Below, in pieces: positions 59,651 to 64,000 of a DNA stretch of 64,000 nucleotides (its first letter is position 1; the number at the start of each line of letters is the position of its first letter). The stretch covers positions 1,364,001 to 1,428,000 of the forward strand of contig JADEYG010000002.1 of the NCBI GenBank assembly GCA_016906335.1, read 5' to 3'. The DNA is from Novakomyces olei. Its lineage: Eukaryota. Below the pieces are notes generated by a model, which was not told the origin of the DNA, did not search any database, and was given only the letters and a program-made list of their open reading frames with translations. Position numbers and translations under genes: made by a program.

Positions 59651-60286
59651 ACTTCACATGTAGATCCGCGAATCAATCGCTTTACAATTTACCAATTGCA
59701 ATGGTACTGCGTGCACCGAAAAAAGGCTCGTTTACGCATGTTTGGAGCGTAAGCGCCTTGGGACTGATTATGTTTTAGCCGGAATAAAAAAAAAATTCCT
59801 ATAAACACCGGTAAATTCACGTTTGTTTATTATTATACCCTGAACGGGCACACCAACGCTCCCAAGGATCGCGTCTATACAAATTCTATAAATAATCCAC
59901 GAGACTGTCTGTCGGCACGATTTTCGTATTACTTTATTCTAAAAATACTCGCGAGTCTATGTAGACGAGGAAATAAAAGTTATTCTATAAATAAATAATA
60001 CTTTCCAGCAAAAACAAACGCGAACCCGGTCATTGTCGCTCGTTCCAAAGGTACGTGTTTTTCCAGCAACTCGGGTCTGTTTCGGCGGCAGGGCGTACGG
60101 ATACGACCGTTACGTGTCCGGCACCTACATTGCTCTCCTCCAAGTCTCTACGCATTTTATTAATTTTTTTTTTTCTTTTCTAACGCGAACCAGTCACTCG
60201 TTTATAACTTTTTCGCCCTCTGTTTTTCCGCCTTTCCCACCGAACACTTTTCCAGGTAGTTGAGAAACGTGTCCGCCATCCGCAAA

Positions 60287-61141
60287 ATGGTTTCCCTCCG
60301 CGCTCTTTTCACGGGCGCCCTGCTCGCTCTTGGAGCAGCTGCGCAGTACAATACTATAAGCTCTCCCGGACAAAACGCAGTTCTGCAGACAGGCGGCGGT
60401 GTGACCACGATTGCGTGGAGCAATTTGACCGGTAGCTCTGTCAGCATAAACCTTTTGTCTGGAAGCACCGGCAGCTTGTCTGTTGTGGACAATATTGCCA
60501 CGGATGTGACCAACTCTGGATCTTTTCTTTGGACAGTTCCTACTTCCCTCCCGTCGGGAGACTCGTACGTTATCCAGATTAGTTGGTCCGGCGGCGTCTC
60601 TTACTCTCCTTACTTTACACTGCAACTCTGCTCTACCTGCTCCTCTGCCAGCTATACTCAAACGCCTACTGGCACTGCCGTCTCCTTGACAGAGACCAGC
60701 GGGTACCGCACCCCGACCCAGCAGGCTTTCACTTCTCAGCCAAGCAGCAGCAGTAGCAGCAGCAGCAGAAGCAATTCTGCGTCTGAATCTACAGGTACCG
60801 CAGGCTCTACTGGATCATCTTCTACCACTGGAAGCACTGGGTCAGCTGCCACTGGCTCTTCTACGACTACTGGATCTACTGAATCCACAAGGGCTTCCAG
60901 GTCTACTACTGGCTCTCACTCGGGAACAAGCACTGCTTCCGGTACTGGATCAGACCGTTCCAGCTCTGCTTCTAGCACTGGCTCAGGATCCAGCTCCTCA
61001 GGATCTGGTTCTGCCAGTTCAAGCACTGCGACAGGATCTGCAGCTTCTGCTTCGCCTTCGTCTGCAGCCTCTGCTCTGCACCAGAGCGGTGCATTGGTCG
61101 CCATCGTGGGTGTAGTTGCAGCCGCTTTTGTCCGCCTCTAG
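60287..61141 (+). CDS. Ser/Thr-rich GPI-anchored cell-wall protein with Kre9/Knh1-like N-terminal Ig domain
   Basis: Signal peptide, TI.WS, NSGSFLWTVPTSLPSGDSYVIQI...YSPYFT, long S/T/G stalk, and an omega-site region with a hydrophobic C-terminus. Confidence 0.88.
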   Translation: MVSLRALFTGALLALGAAAQYNTISSPGQNAVLQTGGGVTTIAWSNLTGSSVSINLLSGSTGSLSVVDNIATDVTNSGSFLWTVPTSLPSGDSYVIQISWSGGVSYSPYFTLQLCSTCSSASYTQTPTGTAVSLTETSGYRTPTQQAFTSQPSSSSSSSSRSNSASESTGTAGSTGSSSTTGSTGSAATGSSTTTGSTESTRASRSTTGSHSGTSTASGTGSDRSSSASSTGSGSSSSGSGSASSSTATGSAASASPSSAASALHQSGALVAIVGVVAAAFVRL

Positions 61142-61723
61142 GCTTTTGTCGTTGCAGTTTATGGTTGAATTTTCATCTAGTCTGCTGTTGCAGAAGTCGT
61201 AATAGTATATGCTCAGATTTTCGGTTTTCCCCTAGGCTGTAAAGGAGTAGAATGTACATATTCAGGGCTGGAGCACCGCATGGAATGAATAGCTTGCTCA
61301 GGTAGCGGGCATTGGCGAGATTGCTCTAATTAAAAGTAGAGACTAGAATTCAATAATTTTTTGGTCGTCGCTTTATCGCGATATATTCTTGCCGTCGCTA
61401 TGGCTCGAATGGCCATTTGCTCATCAAAGTTTAACTTTATACACACGATGCAGTACCAAAGCGTTACAGCACTATACAAGTTACATCCTGCAATCCTTGG
61501 CCAAGGCACAAGACCACATATTATACGCACAATTACACATATACACACAATATACACATTTACATAATATACATTTGTTTTACACTTCAGACTCATTATT
61601 AATAAGGCATTACGAGATAAAAACATTTTCTTTATCAATTATTATATAACCACATTTAACGTGTACGCAGAGTCTGCAATAGTATAATACTCTATCGCAC
61701 ATTAACTAAAGGCATCGCGCACG

Positions 61724-62383
61724 ATGACGACGCTTGTAATTGCCCTATTTCTCGTGAAATGATCTAATTCATTTTTAACAGCTCGCGCGCGGTGAAGACG
61801 CGTCGATGCCGGTCACATGGGAGGACCAGGAACGGATGAACACGTTTTCCAAACTTTTTAGTCGGCATACTCAGCGGCAGGATGTACTACGGCAGAAAAA
61901 GGTACAGTCGCGCCTGGGTGCTGTGCTAACAATCTAGCTTGACCTTGAAGGCGTTGAAGATGCGATTACTGAATTGGAACTTGCGGACGAAGATGAGCCT
62001 GTAATGTAAGCCGATTGTTTGCTGACGCTGTTGTAGTTTTTCTCTTGCCCTCACAATTGTTGAGCTGTTTTTTTTTTGTGTTTGGACCCGTTATTTTCCC
62101 CCTTATTATTCTCCTCCAGCCTTTGGTTTGAACCTGTCTTTATTCTAATGAGCTAAGGTATGCGGTGGGTGAAGCCTTTGTCGAGCTTTCGCTGGAGGAA
62201 ACGCAGCAGAGACTGGAAAGGGGCCGAGAGGAAGCGGCCGATGCTGTCCAAAAAGTACAAGAGGAATTGGACCAAATGGAGCGGGAGATGAAAACGCTCA
62301 AGGTAATGTAGCAGCTCTTTTTATTACTCACATTCCAGGGTATTTTATATGGCAAATTCGGAGACCAGATTAATCTTGATTAA
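61724..62383 (+). CDS. GIM3: Prefoldin subunit 4, 5 exons (missed by the ORF track)
   Basis: Spliced: MTTL/LARGEDASMPVTWEDQERMNTFSKL...KK/LDLEGVEDAITELELADEDEPVM/YAVGEAFV...EMKTLK/GILYGKFGDQINLD*. Confidence 0.92.
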
Positions 62384-62846
62384 GGCATTTATGATAGAGT
62401 ATAATTCTTTGATCGATAGATTCTGATAGCATCATATCTTGAGCAAAAGTATTGCGGCACGCGACCTAGACGCCATCTGTTCTCGTTAATGTATCGAAAA
62501 TGTATCGAAAACGTGTCTAGATTCTGCTTTGACTGTTGAGTGCAAATATTTAGTATCAAACGAGATTTAGTATTGAACGAGACGAGTATCTAGTGGATTT
62601 CTTACATGAATGTGCAAAATAGTAAGGGATAAACACACAAAGTACCAGGGTTAGGGTTAAAGTATAATTTGGTCGCCTACACAAATATCACCTCTGTAGT
62701 ACAAGTCATACTAGAGCATCCCATAGTTAGGGTTTTCCCCGGAGGCTTTAGTGCCACGGAAAAAAAGCCATTGATTGATCTAGTGTACACATTTCAAAGG
62801 CCATATTAGCCTCTCCTCAACCAATTCCCCAATCGCAGAGCCAACA

Positions 62847-63518
62847 ATGTTCGGCCTCCGTGCTTACGCTTCTGCTTCCTCTGCGGCATTGCGCTCTTCC
62901 GCCACCCGCGGCTCGGGCCGTGCCTTTTCTGCCTTTGCTCCGGCCCGGCAGGCTTCGGTACGGCCTCCGTTGAACTTGGGCGGTCTCGACGGCACTTACG
63001 CTTCGGCCCTTTGGACCGCAGCGGCCAAGGAGAAGTCTCTTGATAAAGTTGAGGCTGCCGTGAATGCTTTGGGAAAACTGGTGGCTCAAGATACGCGGCT
63101 GCAAAGCATTCTATCGAACCCAAGTCTCTCTCATCAGGACAAAGCTTTGGTCGCTGATACACTGGCGGGAAAAGACAAGACGGTACGTAACTTTCTCGAG
63201 ATTGTAGCGGAAAACAATCGTTTGGCTTTGGTTCCGGAGATCGTCAAGGCTTTTGAGCAATTGGTGAGTGCTTCTCGCGGAGAGCTGGAGGTCACTATTA
63301 CCAGCGCTCAGCCATTGGACAACAAGACCGTCACGCGTATTCAAAATGCTGTGCAAAAGTCAAAGTACGGGTCCTCAGCGTCCAAGCTCAAGGTTGCCAA
63401 TCGTGTAGATGAGAATATTATAGGAGGCGTTGTCGTGGAGATTGGTGACCGTACCATCGATTTGTCTGTCTCTAGCCGTCTCGCCAAGATCAACCGTACG
63501 TTGACGGATTCTTTGTAA
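62847..63518 (+). CDS. ATP5: Mitochondrial ATP synthase OSCP subunit
   Basis: Presequence, VRPPL.L.GLDGTYASALW.AA, NFL..VAENNRL and IIGGVVVEIGDRTIDLSVSSR. Confidence 0.96.
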   Translation: MFGLRAYASASSAALRSSATRGSGRAFSAFAPARQASVRPPLNLGGLDGTYASALWTAAAKEKSLDKVEAAVNALGKLVAQDTRLQSILSNPSLSHQDKALVADTLAGKDKTVRNFLEIVAENNRLALVPEIVKAFEQLVSASRGELEVTITSAQPLDNKTVTRIQNAVQKSKYGSSASKLKVANRVDENIIGGVVVEIGDRTIDLSVSSRLAKINRTLTDSL

Positions 63519-63818
63519 GGAGCAAAGCAGCACGTCCAATAACCGTTGACTAGCAAGACATAATTAAAATGTTGTCTTATGATGGAAAGAAACTTTTGTA
63601 TTAATTCCGAGTCACTATTGAATAGATTGATTAGACACAATCAAATTGATGACGCTCGATCTCTGTCATATTTATAGAGTGCAGTGCTAGTAGAAATGCA
63701 TGAAGTTCCATTTGATGCGAGTGCTTTACACTAAGTTGACAGAAGTCCGTTTAATGTATGACTCTGCGTTACGCAGAGAATACGCAGAGAAGAGCGCAAA
63801 TAATAGGTAGTAATAGTA

Positions 63819-63984
<166 letters not shown>

Positions 63985-64000
63985 GAGTAATTTATTCATT

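Overview
Gene-dense, intron-rich fungal (ascomycete) chromosomal segment. It is most consistent with a Taphrinomycotina yeast related to, but distinct from, Schizosaccharomyces pombe. This placement is inference from an Etp1-type Cox15-ferredoxin fusion, very short introns with frequent AAG acceptors, and pombe-like protein N-termini, alongside pacC and eIF3k, which S. pombe lacks. The window holds about 24 apparently intact protein genes: eIF2A, RSC1, pacC, SGD1, SHM2, phosphoketolase, eIF3k, MRPS17, LAT1, DOT5, a 2-hydroxyacid dehydrogenase, NSE3, LOT5/ICln, CysRS, MIC12, TIM44, COX15-FDX, STL1, an I9-like secreted protein, a NIPA transporter, a polyol dehydrogenase, a GPI wall protein, PFD4 and ATP5. 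It also holds two pseudogenes (SLC35F-like and LCB kinase), an intronic C/D snoRNA whose 18S target lies in the same window, and one complete 18S-5.8S-25S unit with a convergent atypical 5S gene flanked by unique genes. AT-rich tandem repeats are frequent. Exon boundaries were read by eye, and protein identities come from recognised motifs, not database searches.
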